From Hylemonella sp. (GTDB lineage Bacteria; Pseudomonadota; Gammaproteobacteria; Burkholderiales; Burkholderiaceae_C): a stretch of DNA of 64,000 bases. Of this stretch, positions 1-11,288 are shown one piece after another. Both the position numbers and the translations under genes were made by a program. The notes under the pieces are model-generated. The model saw nothing but the letters and a program-made list of their open reading frames with translations. It was not told the DNA's origin and ran no database searches. Location of the stretch: NCBI RefSeq assembly GCF_027532185.1, contig NZ_JAPZSV010000011.1:3402-67401 (forward strand), written 5' to 3'. Numbering within the stretch: the stretch's first letter is position 1; every line of letters starts with the position of its first letter.

Positions 1-17
1 TTCATTGGAGACTACAC

Positions 18-788
18 ATGCTCAAAGGTAAAACTGCTCTCGTCACCGGCTCGACCAGCGGCATCGGTCTGGGCATCGCCAAGGCCCTGGCCGCCCAGGG
101 TGCCAACATCGTGGTCAACGGCTTCGGCGACGCCGAAGGCCCCAAGGCCGAAATTGCCGCGCTGGGTGTGAAGGTGGCCTACCACGGCGCCGACATGAGC
201 AAGGCGGGCGAGATCGAAGACATGATGAAGTTCTCCGCCGCGCAGTTCGGCCGCGTCGATATCCTGGTCAACAACGCCGGCATCCAGCACGTGGCGCGCA
301 TCGAGGACTTTCCGGCCGAGCGCTGGGACGCCATCCTCGCCATCAATCTGACCAGCGCCTTTCACACCACGCGCCTGGCTCTGCCGGCCATGCGCGCGGC
401 GAACTGGGGCCGCATCATCAATGTGGCGTCGGTGCATGGCCTGGTGGCCTCGGCCGAGAAGTCGGCCTATGTCGCGGCCAAGCACGGCATCGTGGGCCTG
501 ACCAAGGTCACGGCGCTGGAGAACGCCACCACGGGCGTGACCTGCAACGCCATTTGCCCGGGCTGGGTGCTGACGCCGCTGGTGCAGAAGCAGGTGGACG
601 CCAAGGCCGCCGCGCTCAAGATCTCCAACGAGGAGGCCAAGAAGGTGCTGCTGGGCGAGAAGGAGCCGTCCATGCAGTTCACCACGCCCGAGGAGTTGGG
701 CGGGCTGGCGGTGTTCTTCTGCTCGCCGGCGGCCAACAACGTGCGCGGCGTGGCCTGGAACATGGACGGGGGCTGGGTGGCGCAGTGA
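18..788 (+). CDS. bdhA: 3-hydroxybutyrate dehydrogenase (classical short-chain dehydrogenase/reductase)
   Basis: 256-aa ORF with the N-terminal TGSTSGIG Rossmann motif and a YVAAK (YxxxK) catalytic motif. Overall it resembles D-beta-hydroxybutyrate dehydrogenases. Confidence 0.8.
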   Translation: MLKGKTALVTGSTSGIGLGIAKALAAQGANIVVNGFGDAEGPKAEIAALGVKVAYHGADMSKAGEIEDMMKFSAAQFGRVDILVNNAGIQHVARIEDFPAERWDAILAINLTSAFHTTRLALPAMRAANWGRIINVASVHGLVASAEKSAYVAAKHGIVGLTKVTALENATTGVTCNAICPGWVLTPLVQKQVDAKAAALKISNEEAKKVLLGEKEPSMQFTTPEELGGLAVFFCSPAANNVRGVAWNMDGGWVAQ

Positions 789-860
789 CGCGCCAACCCC
801 TCGCCGCTCGATCGTCCTGACGCATCTGGCCGGGACCTGTGGTTCCGGCCGGTCCGCGCA

Positions 861-2075
861 TCACACCGCGCGGTTCAGGTCCACGTCCAGCCCGGCCTGC
901 TTCATCGCGCGGGCCAGCAGCAGGTGCCACAGGCCCTCGTCATCAAGACGCAGGTTGCTGATGCCCTGCCATGACGGGGGCTTGCCCGCACCGTTCAGCA
1001 GAAAGCAGACATGGCTGCGGCCCACGGTCGCGAGCACGTGGCCGAGTTCCATCAGCAGCGCCGGCGCAACGGCACTCGGCGCACCCGAGCTCGGGTCCAG
1101 GGACTGGGCGGGCAGCAACACCACGGCGTACTGAAGATCGCGAAGTTCATCGAGCCGGTCGATGAAGAGTTCCGTCTGGGGCGGCGCCACAGCGCTGGCC
1201 GGCTGCAGGCCGAGTTGCTGGACGAAGTCCAGCACAGCCCGGCGGGCTTGTGCCTCACCCCCGAGGACGGCCACGCGCACACGGCTTGGCGGTGCTGCGG
1301 CTGGGACAGGCGCCTGGGCCTGTGCGGCGGGCGGCGCAGCCACCGGTGAGGGGGCCGGCGCGGGCTGGACCGGGGCCGCGGGTGGGACCGCCGGCTTGAT
1401 CGCTGCGGGCGCAGGGGTCGCCGCTGCGGGTGGCAGAGGGGGGACGGCGGCTTGGGCGGGCACCGGTGCCGAGGCCGCGAGCGGTGCCGTACTCGCGGGT
1501 GGAGCGGCTGTCTTGACCACCGCTGGAGCCGGGGGCGCTGCAACAGCGCGAGCGGGGGCCACAGCAGGCGGTGTCGGAGCGGCGGGCGCGGGCACCGATC
1601 GGGGAGCGACCGGGGCCGGTGCCGCGGCGGCGTGCGGCGCGGCTACGGGTGCGGGTGCGGGTGCGGGTGCGGGTGCAGCGACGGGTGCAGCGACGGGTGC
1701 AGGGGGCTGTTGCCGTGAGCGCTCCCGGATCAGGGCCTTGACGCGATCCAGGGTCACGATGGCCTGGGCCACGCTGTCCTGGACCGCCCGTTGCAACTCC
1801 TCGGTGGAGTAGCGACCACCGAAATCCGAGGGCAGCGTGGCATCGAAGGTCTCGATGGCGAATTTGCGGTACTCGGGCGAGTTGTTGCCCAGCACCTCGG
1901 CCAGGGACTCGTTGACGCTCTTGTGCAGACTTTCAAGGACAGGGTCCCAGCGGTCCTGGATGCGGGAGACATCGAAGGCACGCAGCTCCTTGATGCGCCA
2001 GTCCAGCGTGTCCTTGGCGCTGTTCGCGCCAGTCTTCTTGGCGTTGCCGGAGGCTTTGGGGTGGGAGATGGCCAC
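861..2075 (-). CDS. Three-part protein: helical N-terminal domain, ~140-aa Pro/Ala-rich linker, C-terminal TIR-like (COG4271 / CAP12-Pycsar-type) domain
   Basis: 404-aa ORF with a GTG start at 2075. An AGGAG Shine-Dalgarno (2084-2088, minus strand) precedes it and overlaps the TAG stop of the upstream gene. The C-terminal 140 aa (VAVLGG..FVQQLGLQP..YAVVLLP..LLMELGHVLATVGRSHVCFLLNG..PSWQGISNLRLDDEGLWHLLLARAMKQAGLDVD) follows, by eye, the TIR-like family pattern (VFIVHG..LGL.P..AvvLlTpDD..ElGyf.g.lGr.rVc.L..g..lPSDl.G......d..W...LarELkaaGl.vd). Confidence 0.65.
   Translation of the reverse strand: MAISHPKASGNAKKTGANSAKDTLDWRIKELRAFDVSRIQDRWDPVLESLHKSVNESLAEVLGNNSPEYRKFAIETFDATLPSDFGGRYSTEELQRAVQDSVAQAIVTLDRVKALIRERSRQQPPAPVAAPVAAPAPAPAPAPVAAPHAAAAPAPVAPRSVPAPAAPTPPAVAPARAVAAPPAPAVVKTAAPPASTAPLAASAPVPAQAAVPPLPPAAATPAPAAIKPAVPPAAPVQPAPAPSPVAAPPAAQAQAPVPAAAPPSRVRVAVLGGEAQARRAVLDFVQQLGLQPASAVAPPQTELFIDRLDELRDLQYAVVLLPAQSLDPSSGAPSAVAPALLMELGHVLATVGRSHVCFLLNGAGKPPSWQGISNLRLDDEGLWHLLLARAMKQAGLDVDLNRAV
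1647..1700. repeat. In-frame tandem repeat: (GGGTGC)x5 followed by (AGCGACGGGTGC)x2
   Basis: Read directly. Five perfect GGGTGC units span 1647-1676, then two 12-nt units. On the minus strand this encodes the PAPAPAPAPA / PVAAPVAA part of the Pro/Ala linker. Confidence 0.95.
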
Positions 2076-2086
2076 GGTGTGTGCTC

Positions 2087-3580
<1,494 letters not shown>

Positions 3581-3683
3581 GGGTATGCCTAAAAGTACAA
3601 TCGAGGGTGTTTTGCGCGTTCGTTCCGGCCGGAGCGAGCCGCTAGTCTCCCGCATAGCCTAACCATAAAACAAGGACTTTCCC

Positions 3684-4403
3684 ATGGCTGGACACAGTAA
3701 ATGGGCCAATATCCAACACCGCAAGGGCCGCCAGGATGAGAAGCGCGGCAAGATCTGGACGCGTATCGTCCGCGAAATCACCGTGGCGGCGCGTGCCGGC
3801 GGCGGTGACCCCTCGGCCAACCCGCGCCTGCGCCTGGCCATCGACAAGGCCAAGGCGGCCAATATGCCGGCCGACCGCGTCAAGTACAACATCGACAAGG
3901 CCACGGGCAACCAGGAAGGCGTGGCCTACGAGGAAATCCGGTACGAGGGTTACGGCATCGGTGGCGCGGCCATCATCGTCGACACCATGACCGACAATCG
4001 GGTACGCACCGTGGCCGAGGTTCGGCACGCCTTCTCCAAGCATGGCGGCAATATGGGCACTGAAGGCTCGGTGGCCTTCCAGTTCAAGCACTGCGGCCAG
4101 CTGATCTTTGCGCCGGGTACGAGCGAGGACAAGGTCATGGAAGTGGCTCTGGAAGCCGGCGCAGAAGACGTGCTGAGTGACGAGGACGGTGCCATCGAGG
4201 TGCTGACCGCCCCGGGTGACTTCGAGACGGTGAAGAATGCACTGGAGGCAGCTGGTCTGAAGGCCGAGATCGCCGGTGTGACCATGCGTCCCGAGAACAC
4301 GATAGAACTGAGCGGCGACGATGCCGCGAAGATGCAGAAACTGCTGGACGTCCTGGAAGACCTGGACGATGTGCAGGACGTTTTTCACAACGCTGCGCTG
4401 TAA
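3684..4403 (+). CDS. yebC: YebC/PmpR family DNA-binding transcriptional regulator
   Basis: Begins with the [18 protein letters not shown] signature; 239 aa. Confidence 0.92.
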   Translation: MAGHSKWANIQHRKGRQDEKRGKIWTRIVREITVAARAGGGDPSANPRLRLAIDKAKAANMPADRVKYNIDKATGNQEGVAYEEIRYEGYGIGGAAIIVDTMTDNRVRTVAEVRHAFSKHGGNMGTEGSVAFQFKHCGQLIFAPGTSEDKVMEVALEAGAEDVLSDEDGAIEVLTAPGDFETVKNALEAAGLKAEIAGVTMRPENTIELSGDDAAKMQKLLDVLEDLDDVQDVFHNAAL

Positions 4404-4407
4404 GGCT

Positions 4408-4503
4408 CACCCCCAGGCTGCGCGCACTGCGTGTCGCTCCGCCACCCCCCTTGCCGGGGGCGGCACCAGCGGCCCGGCGAAGCCGGTTCCGCGGTGCCCC
4501 TGG
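4408..4503 (+). repeat. Structured intergenic repeat, copy A (forward orientation)
   Basis: Starts CACCCCCAGGC and ends CCCCTGG. It contains a C5-loop-G5 hairpin (4446-4460) and a long bulged hairpin (4462-4498). It aligns over its whole length with the reverse complements of 56312-56410 and 28758-28840. Confidence 0.8.
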
Positions 4504-4509
4504 TTTTTT
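4462..4509 (+). terminator. Probable intrinsic terminator of yebC, formed by hairpin 2 of repeat copy A plus a T6 run
   Basis: GGCACC-A-GCGG-C-CCGG-CGAAG-CCGG-TT-CCGC-GGTGCC, followed by CCTGG and TTTTTT (4504-4509). Confidence 0.55.
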
Positions 4510-4553
4510 GATTTGGCAGGCCTGCCGTTGCAGGCGGATAGGATTAGCAGGAT

Positions 4554-5834
4554 ATGAAAGTACTCGTCATCGGCGGTGGTGGCCGTGAACACGCGCTGGC
4601 CTGGAAGCTGGCCCAGTCGCCGAAGGTGCAGATGGTCTACGTGGCGCCGGGCAATGGCGGCACGGCGCGCGACAAGCGCCTGGTCAATGTGCCCATCACG
4701 GATGTGCAGGCGCTGCGGGAATGGGCGCAGCAGGAGAAGATCGCCCTGACCGTGGTGGGCCCCGAGGCACCGCTGGCGGCCGGTGTGGTGGACGAGTTCC
4801 GTGCCCACGGCCTGCGCATCTTCGGCCCCACCCGGGCGGCTGCGCAGTTGGAGAGCTCCAAGGCCTTCTCCAAGGCCTTCATGAAGCGCCACGGCATCCC
4901 CACGGCTGAATACGACACCTTCACCAACCCCGTGGCCGCCCACGCCTATGTGGACCGGATGGGCGCGCCCATCGTGGTCAAGGCCGACGGCCTGGCGGCG
5001 GGCAAGGGCGTGGTGGTGGCCATGACGCTGGCCGAGGCCCATGAGGCCATCGACTTCATGCTGCTGGACAACAAGCTGGGGGTGACGCACAACGAGGGCG
5101 GCGCGCGCGTCGTCATCGAGCAGTTCCTGCAGGGCGAGGAAGCCAGCTTCATCGTGCTGTGCGACGGCAAGAATGTGGTGCCACTGGCCACCAGCCAGGA
5201 CCACAAGCGCCTGCTCGATGCCGACGAAGGCCCCAACACCGGCGGCATGGGTGCCTATTCGCCCGCACCCGTGGTGACGCCGGCCGTGCACGCCCGCGCC
5301 ATGCGCGAGATCATCCTGCCGACCATCAAGGGCATGGAGAAGGACGGCATCCCCTACACCGGCTTCCTTTACGCCGGGCTCATGATCGACGCGACCGGTG
5401 CGCCCAAGACGCTGGAATTCAACTGCCGCATGGGCGACCCCGAGACCCAGCCCATCATGATGCGTCTCAAGAGCGACCTCGTCGATGTGATGCAGGCCGC
5501 CACCGAAGGCCGGCTGGATCAGGTCGAACTGGACTGGGACCGCCGCATCGCCCTGGGCGTGGTCATGGCCGCGCACGGCTACCCCATGAACCCACGCAAG
5601 GGCGACGTGATCACCGGCCTGCCGGCCGATACGGAGGAGGGGGTGGTCTTCCACGCCGGCACGGCCCTCAAGGAGGGGCAGGTGACGGTCACCGGCGGCC
5701 GCGTGCTCTGCGTGACCGCCCTGGGCGACACCACCAAACAGGCCCAGCAGCGTGCCTACGATCTGCTGCAAGGCATCCGCTTCGACGGCATGCAGTACCG
5801 CCGCGACATCGGCTTCCGCGCGATCAAGGGATGA
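4554..5834 (+). CDS. purD: Phosphoribosylamine--glycine ligase
   Basis: 426 aa, starting MKVLVIGGGGREHALAWKL, with full-length PurD-like sequence. Confidence 0.95.
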   Translation: MKVLVIGGGGREHALAWKLAQSPKVQMVYVAPGNGGTARDKRLVNVPITDVQALREWAQQEKIALTVVGPEAPLAAGVVDEFRAHGLRIFGPTRAAAQLESSKAFSKAFMKRHGIPTAEYDTFTNPVAAHAYVDRMGAPIVVKADGLAAGKGVVVAMTLAEAHEAIDFMLLDNKLGVTHNEGGARVVIEQFLQGEEASFIVLCDGKNVVPLATSQDHKRLLDADEGPNTGGMGAYSPAPVVTPAVHARAMREIILPTIKGMEKDGIPYTGFLYAGLMIDATGAPKTLEFNCRMGDPETQPIMMRLKSDLVDVMQAATEGRLDQVELDWDRRIALGVVMAAHGYPMNPRKGDVITGLPADTEEGVVFHAGTALKEGQVTVTGGRVLCVTALGDTTKQAQQRAYDLLQGIRFDGMQYRRDIGFRAIKG

Positions 5835-6478
5835 TCCCCAACGATTTCCCGCTGCCTTACCCGGTGCAGTTCCGCGGCAGCGCGAGCGCGCGCTGGCTGC
5901 TGCGCCGCATGGGCTGGCGTGTGGATTTCCAGGGTCTGCCGGGCCTGCAGGGGGTGCTGGCCGTCTATCCGCACACCAGCAATTGGGACTTCGTGGTCCT
6001 GCTGCTCGTGAAGTGGGCCATCGGCATCCCGGTGCGTTTCTGGGGCAAGGACAGCCTGTTCCGCTTCCCGGTCTTCGGCCACTGGATGCGCTACCTCGGT
6101 GGCGTGCCCGTGGAGCGCACCAGCGCCAAGGGGGTGGTGGGCGACACCGTGGCCCATATCCAGGCGGCGCGTGACAAGGGCGAATACTTCTGGCTGGCGC
6201 TGGCCCCCGAGGGCACGCGCAAGCTGATCCCGGGCTGGCGCAGCGGCTTCTACCGCACCGCGGTGCAGGCCGGCGTGCCGCTGGCCCTGGTCAAGGTCAA
6301 CTATGCTGCGCGCGAGGTGACCGTGCGCAGCTTCCTTCGCCTGAGCGGCGACGAGGCGGCTGATTTCGCGCGCATCGCCGCCGGTCTGGAGGGCGCCGTG
6401 GGCTGCCGTCCTGAAAACGCCGCGCCCATCCGCCTGCTGGATGCCAGCGTGCCCCGTGAAGAAACGATTGTGAAATGA
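5831..6478 (+). CDS. Lysophospholipid (1-acyl-sn-glycerol-3-phosphate) acyltransferase family protein
   Basis: HTSNWD (HxxxxD) and APEGTR acyltransferase motifs are present. The ATG at 5831 overlaps the purD stop (ATGA). Confidence 0.75.
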   Translation: MIPNDFPLPYPVQFRGSASARWLLRRMGWRVDFQGLPGLQGVLAVYPHTSNWDFVVLLLVKWAIGIPVRFWGKDSLFRFPVFGHWMRYLGGVPVERTSAKGVVGDTVAHIQAARDKGEYFWLALAPEGTRKLIPGWRSGFYRTAVQAGVPLALVKVNYAAREVTVRSFLRLSGDEAADFARIAAGLEGAVGCRPENAAPIRLLDASVPREETIVK

Positions 6479-7407
6479 CCATGGACACCAGCCGCAATGT
6501 GAGTGCCGTACGCGACTACCTGCAGGGTCTGCAGCAGCGCATCACCGACGCGATTGTCGCCATCGACGGCGGCAGCTTCCTGGCCGATGCCTGGCACAAG
6601 GCCCCGGGCGAGCCGCTGCAGGGCAGTGGCCTGACCAAGATCCTCGAAGGCGGGGCCGTCTTCGAGCGCGCGGGCTGCGGCTTCTCCCAGGTGCAGGGGC
6701 CCAGACTGCCGCCTTCGGCCACGCAGCACCGTCCGGAACTCTCGGGCGCCCCCTTCGAGGCCATGGGCGTGTCCCTGGTCTTCCACCCGCGCAACCCCTA
6801 CGTGCCCACGGTGCACATGAATGTGCGCATGCTGGCCGCGCAGGGCCCGGATGGGCAGGAGGTCTGCTGGTTTGGCGGCGGCATGGACCTCACCCCCTAT
6901 TACGGCTTCGAGGAAGACGCGGTGCATTTCCACACCGTCTGCCGCGATGCCCTGCAACCCTTCGGTGCAGACAAGTACCCACGCTTCAAGGCCTGGTGCG
7001 ACGAGTACTTCTTCCTCAAGCACCGCAACGAGGCGCGGGGTGTGGGCGGCGTGTTCTTCGACGATTTCTCGGAGCTGGGCTTCGAGGGCAGCTTCGCCAT
7101 GCTGCGCGCGGTGGGCGATGCCTTCTTGAGCGCCTACCTGCCGATTGTCGAGCGCCGCAAGGCCATGGCTTATGGCGAGCGCGAACGCAACTTCCAGCTC
7201 TACCGCCGCGGCCGCTATGTCGAGTTCAACCTGGTCTGGGACCGGGGCACGCATTTCGGCCTGCAGTCGGGCGGGCGCACCGAGTCCATCCTGCTGTCCA
7301 TGCCGCCGCTGGCGAGCTGGGCCTACCAGCAACAGCCCGAGCCGGGCTCGCCCGAGGACGCGCTCTACACCCGCTTTCTGCCGCGGCGCGACTGGATCCC
7401 GTCTTGA
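6475..7407 (+). CDS. hemF: Oxygen-dependent coproporphyrinogen III oxidase
   Basis: 310 aa, including the [31 protein letters not shown] block typical of HemF. The start overlaps the upstream stop (ATGA). Confidence 0.93.
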   Translation: MTMDTSRNVSAVRDYLQGLQQRITDAIVAIDGGSFLADAWHKAPGEPLQGSGLTKILEGGAVFERAGCGFSQVQGPRLPPSATQHRPELSGAPFEAMGVSLVFHPRNPYVPTVHMNVRMLAAQGPDGQEVCWFGGGMDLTPYYGFEEDAVHFHTVCRDALQPFGADKYPRFKAWCDEYFFLKHRNEARGVGGVFFDDFSELGFEGSFAMLRAVGDAFLSAYLPIVERRKAMAYGERERNFQLYRRGRYVEFNLVWDRGTHFGLQSGGRTESILLSMPPLASWAYQQQPEPGSPEDALYTRFLPRRDWIPS

Positions 7408-7424
7408 ACATTCGCAAACTCGGT

Positions 7425-8006
7425 ATGTTCGGCGGCGCCTTCGACCCGCCGCACCTCGCCCACCGTGCGCTGGCGGCGGCGTCGCTGGCGCAGCTGCAGC
7501 TCGATGCCCTGCATGTGCTGCCCACCGGGCGCGCCTGGCACAAGAGCCGCCCGCTGACCGATGCCGCCCATCGTCTGGCCATGAGCCGGCTGACCTTCGA
7601 GGACCTGGGCCCCGTGGTGCTCGATGACCGGGAGATCCGGCGCGAAGGCCCGTCCTACACGCTGGACACGCTGCGCGAGCTGCATGCAGAGCATCCCAAG
7701 GCCGAGCTGTTCCTGGTCATGGGCAAGGACCAGGCCGATGTGCTGCCGACCTGGCGCAACTGGCAGGAGATCGTGGCCCTGGCCACCATCTGCGTGGCCG
7801 ACCGCGATGTGCTGACCGGGCAGGAGACCCGTTTTCTGCCGCCGCCCGAGATGGCCGGGCGTTTCCGCAAGATTGAAATGCCCGCCATGGACATCAGCGC
7901 CACCGGCATCCGCGCCCGGGTGGCCGGCGGACAGGGGATCGCGCCTCTGGTCAGCCCTGCCGTTGCACGCTATATTGAACAAAACCATCTTTATCAAAGT
8001 ACCTGA
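7425..8006 (+). CDS. nadD: Nicotinate-nucleotide adenylyltransferase
   Basis: GMFGGAFDPPHLAH (GxFDPxHxGH) motif. The coordinates use the ATG at 7425. An in-frame TTG at 7404, overlapping the hemF stop, is an alternative start. Confidence 0.85.
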   Translation: MFGGAFDPPHLAHRALAAASLAQLQLDALHVLPTGRAWHKSRPLTDAAHRLAMSRLTFEDLGPVVLDDREIRREGPSYTLDTLRELHAEHPKAELFLVMGKDQADVLPTWRNWQEIVALATICVADRDVLTGQETRFLPPPEMAGRFRKIEMPAMDISATGIRARVAGGQGIAPLVSPAVARYIEQNHLYQST

Positions 8007-8692
8007 TGACCACTGAAACCGCCGCCAAGAAAGACATCCAGAAACTCCAGCGCGCCATCGTCGATGGTCTGGAGGACGTGAAGGCCCAGGACATCCAGGT
8101 GTTCAATACCGAGAAGCTCTCGCCGCTGTTCGAGCGCGTGGTGGTGGCCTCGGGCACGTCCAACCGCCAGACCAAGGCCTTGGCCGCCAGCGTGCGTGAT
8201 GCCGTGCGTGACGCCGGTTTCAACAAGCCGCGCATGGAAGGCGAGGAGAACGGCGAATGGATCATCGTGGACTGCGGCCAGGCCGTGGTGCACATCATGC
8301 AGCCGGCCATCCGCCAGTATTACCACCTGGAAGACCTCTGGGGCGAGACGCCGGTCCGCCTGAAATTCGGCGCCGACAAGCCCACGGCCCAGGCCGTACC
8401 CAGGAAGGAGGAGATCAAGTCGACCAGCCTGAAGCGCTCCAGCGCCGCCAAGAAGGGCCAGACCGAGGCTTTCCCGTCCAGGGCACAGCAGCAGAAGGCC
8501 GCTGCCAAATCCTCCGGCAAGGCACCGGCGAAGAAGGCCGCAGCGGCCAAGACGCCGGCGCGCAAGACGTCCAAGCCCGTGCCCAAGGTGGTGAAGGTCA
8601 ACGCGCCCAAACCGGCGGCCAAATCCGCAGCAGCCAAGAAGCCGGCAGCCAAAAAGGCACCCGCCAAAAAAAGCACGGCTCGCAAGGGCTGA
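8006..8692 (+). CDS. rsfS: Ribosome silencing factor RsfS with a ~100-aa Lys/Ala/Pro-rich C-terminal extension
   Basis: The N-terminal ~115 aa resemble RsfS (conserved position after nadD, before rlmH). The tail reads KKAAAAKTPARKTSKPVPKVVKVNAPKPAAKSAAAKKPAAKKAPAKK. Confidence 0.85.
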   Translation: MTTETAAKKDIQKLQRAIVDGLEDVKAQDIQVFNTEKLSPLFERVVVASGTSNRQTKALAASVRDAVRDAGFNKPRMEGEENGEWIIVDCGQAVVHIMQPAIRQYYHLEDLWGETPVRLKFGADKPTAQAVPRKEEIKSTSLKRSSAAKKGQTEAFPSRAQQQKAAAKSSGKAPAKKAAAAKTPARKTSKPVPKVVKVNAPKPAAKSAAAKKPAAKKAPAKKSTARKG

Positions 8693-8701
8693 TCCCCCGC
8701 G

Positions 8702-9169
8702 ATGAGGCTGCTGATCGTCGCGGTCGGCCAGCGTGTCCCCGACTGGGCCCAGACGGCCTGGGATGACTACGCCAAGCGTTTCCCGCCCGAACTCAAGGTC
8801 GAGCTCAAGGCCGTCAAGACCGAGCCGCGCGGTTCGCGCACGGTGGAGCAGCTCATGGCCGCCGAGCGCAAGCGCATCGAGGAGGCGATTCCCAAGGGCA
8901 CGCGCATCGTCGCGCTGGATGAGCGCGGCGCCCAACTCACGACGGTGGCGTTGGCCGGCAAGCTCAAAGATTGGCAACTGGGTGGCACGGATGTGGCGCT
9001 GGTGATCGGCGGTCCCGACGGCCTGGAGCCGGCCTTCCGCCAGGGCGCGCACGAACGCATCCGTCTTTCGGACCTGACCCTGCCGCACGCCATGGTGCGG
9101 GTGCTGCTGGTGGAGCAGCTCTACCGCGCCTGGTCTATCAACGCCAATCACCCGTATCACCGCGAATGA
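8702..9169 (+). CDS. rlmH: 23S rRNA (pseudouridine1915-N3)-methyltransferase
   Basis: 155-aa SPOUT-type protein ending with the HPYHRE C-terminus typical of RlmH, in the conserved rsfS-rlmH pair. Confidence 0.9.
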   Translation: MRLLIVAVGQRVPDWAQTAWDDYAKRFPPELKVELKAVKTEPRGSRTVEQLMAAERKRIEEAIPKGTRIVALDERGAQLTTVALAGKLKDWQLGGTDVALVIGGPDGLEPAFRQGAHERIRLSDLTLPHAMVRVLLVEQLYRAWSINANHPYHRE

Positions 9170-9771
9170 AGCCGGATTTCATCTACCTCGCCTCCCAGAG
9201 CCCGCGCCGCCGTCAGTTGCTCGAACAACTCGGCGTGCGCCATGAACTCCTGTTGCCCGACGCCGACGAGGATGCCGAGGCGCTGGAAGCCGTGAAGCCG
9301 GGCGAGGCGCCCGCCGCCTATGTGCAGCGTGTGACCCAGCTCAAGCTCGATGCCGCGCTGAGGCGTCTTGAGCGCCGCGGACTGCCGGCCGCGCCGGTGC
9401 TGTGCTCGGACACCACGGTGGCCCTGGGCCGTACGATCTACGGCAAACCGGCCGACTCCGCCGATGCGCGGCGCATGCTGGGGGAGCTTGCGGGCACCAT
9501 GCACCGGGTGCTCACCTCTGTGGCCGTGGGCACACCCCGACGGCGTCTGCGGGCCCTGAGCGCCTCACGTGTCACTTTCGCCCCCATGAGCCGCCAGCAG
9601 ATCGCCGCCTATGTGGCCAGCGGCGAACCCATGGGCAAGGCTGGCGCCTACGCAGTGCAGGGCAGGGCGGCGGCGTACATTAGCCACATCGCCGGGAGCT
9701 ATTCGGGCATCATGGGCCTGCCCATGTTCGAGACGGCCGAGTTGCTGCGGGCTTACGGCTTCAAAATCTAG
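9166..9771 (+). CDS. maf: Maf-like nucleoside triphosphate pyrophosphatase
   Basis: Starts [23 protein letters not shown] and contains the [10 protein letters not shown] motif. The ATG overlaps the rlmH stop (ATGA). Confidence 0.88.
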   Translation: MKPDFIYLASQSPRRRQLLEQLGVRHELLLPDADEDAEALEAVKPGEAPAAYVQRVTQLKLDAALRRLERRGLPAAPVLCSDTTVALGRTIYGKPADSADARRMLGELAGTMHRVLTSVAVGTPRRRLRALSASRVTFAPMSRQQIAAYVASGEPMGKAGAYAVQGRAAAYISHIAGSYSGIMGLPMFETAELLRAYGFKI

Positions 9772-9782
9772 AAAAACAAGTC

Positions 9783-11270
<1,488 letters not shown>

Positions 11271-11288
11271 GCCGAGGTTCGCCGACGC

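Noticed and set aside
1284-1712. I considered whether the repetitive GC-rich tract could be a CRISPR-like or minisatellite non-coding array.
   Set aside because: The repeats are 6-12 nt with no spacers. They lie in-frame within a continuous ORF that has a good SD and a recognisable C-terminal domain. This is a coding low-complexity linker.
3581-3655. Several ORF-track models have N-terminal extensions: 3655, 16363, 19558, 33001, 35836, 43088, 43594, 44862, 47550, 48468, 56434, 61435 and 62504.
   Set aside because: The extensions are Arg/Pro-rich, overlap neighbouring genes or intergenic repeats, and precede internal Met codons that give ortholog-like N-termini. Starts were trimmed accordingly.
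4404-4553. I looked for ZTP (pfl) or other purine-related riboswitches upstream of purD, and upstream of purL (48370-48488).
   Set aside because: No GGGUCGUGACUGGCG or CCGCCUGGGC cores occur on either strand. The purD upstream region is explained by repeat copy A and its terminator.
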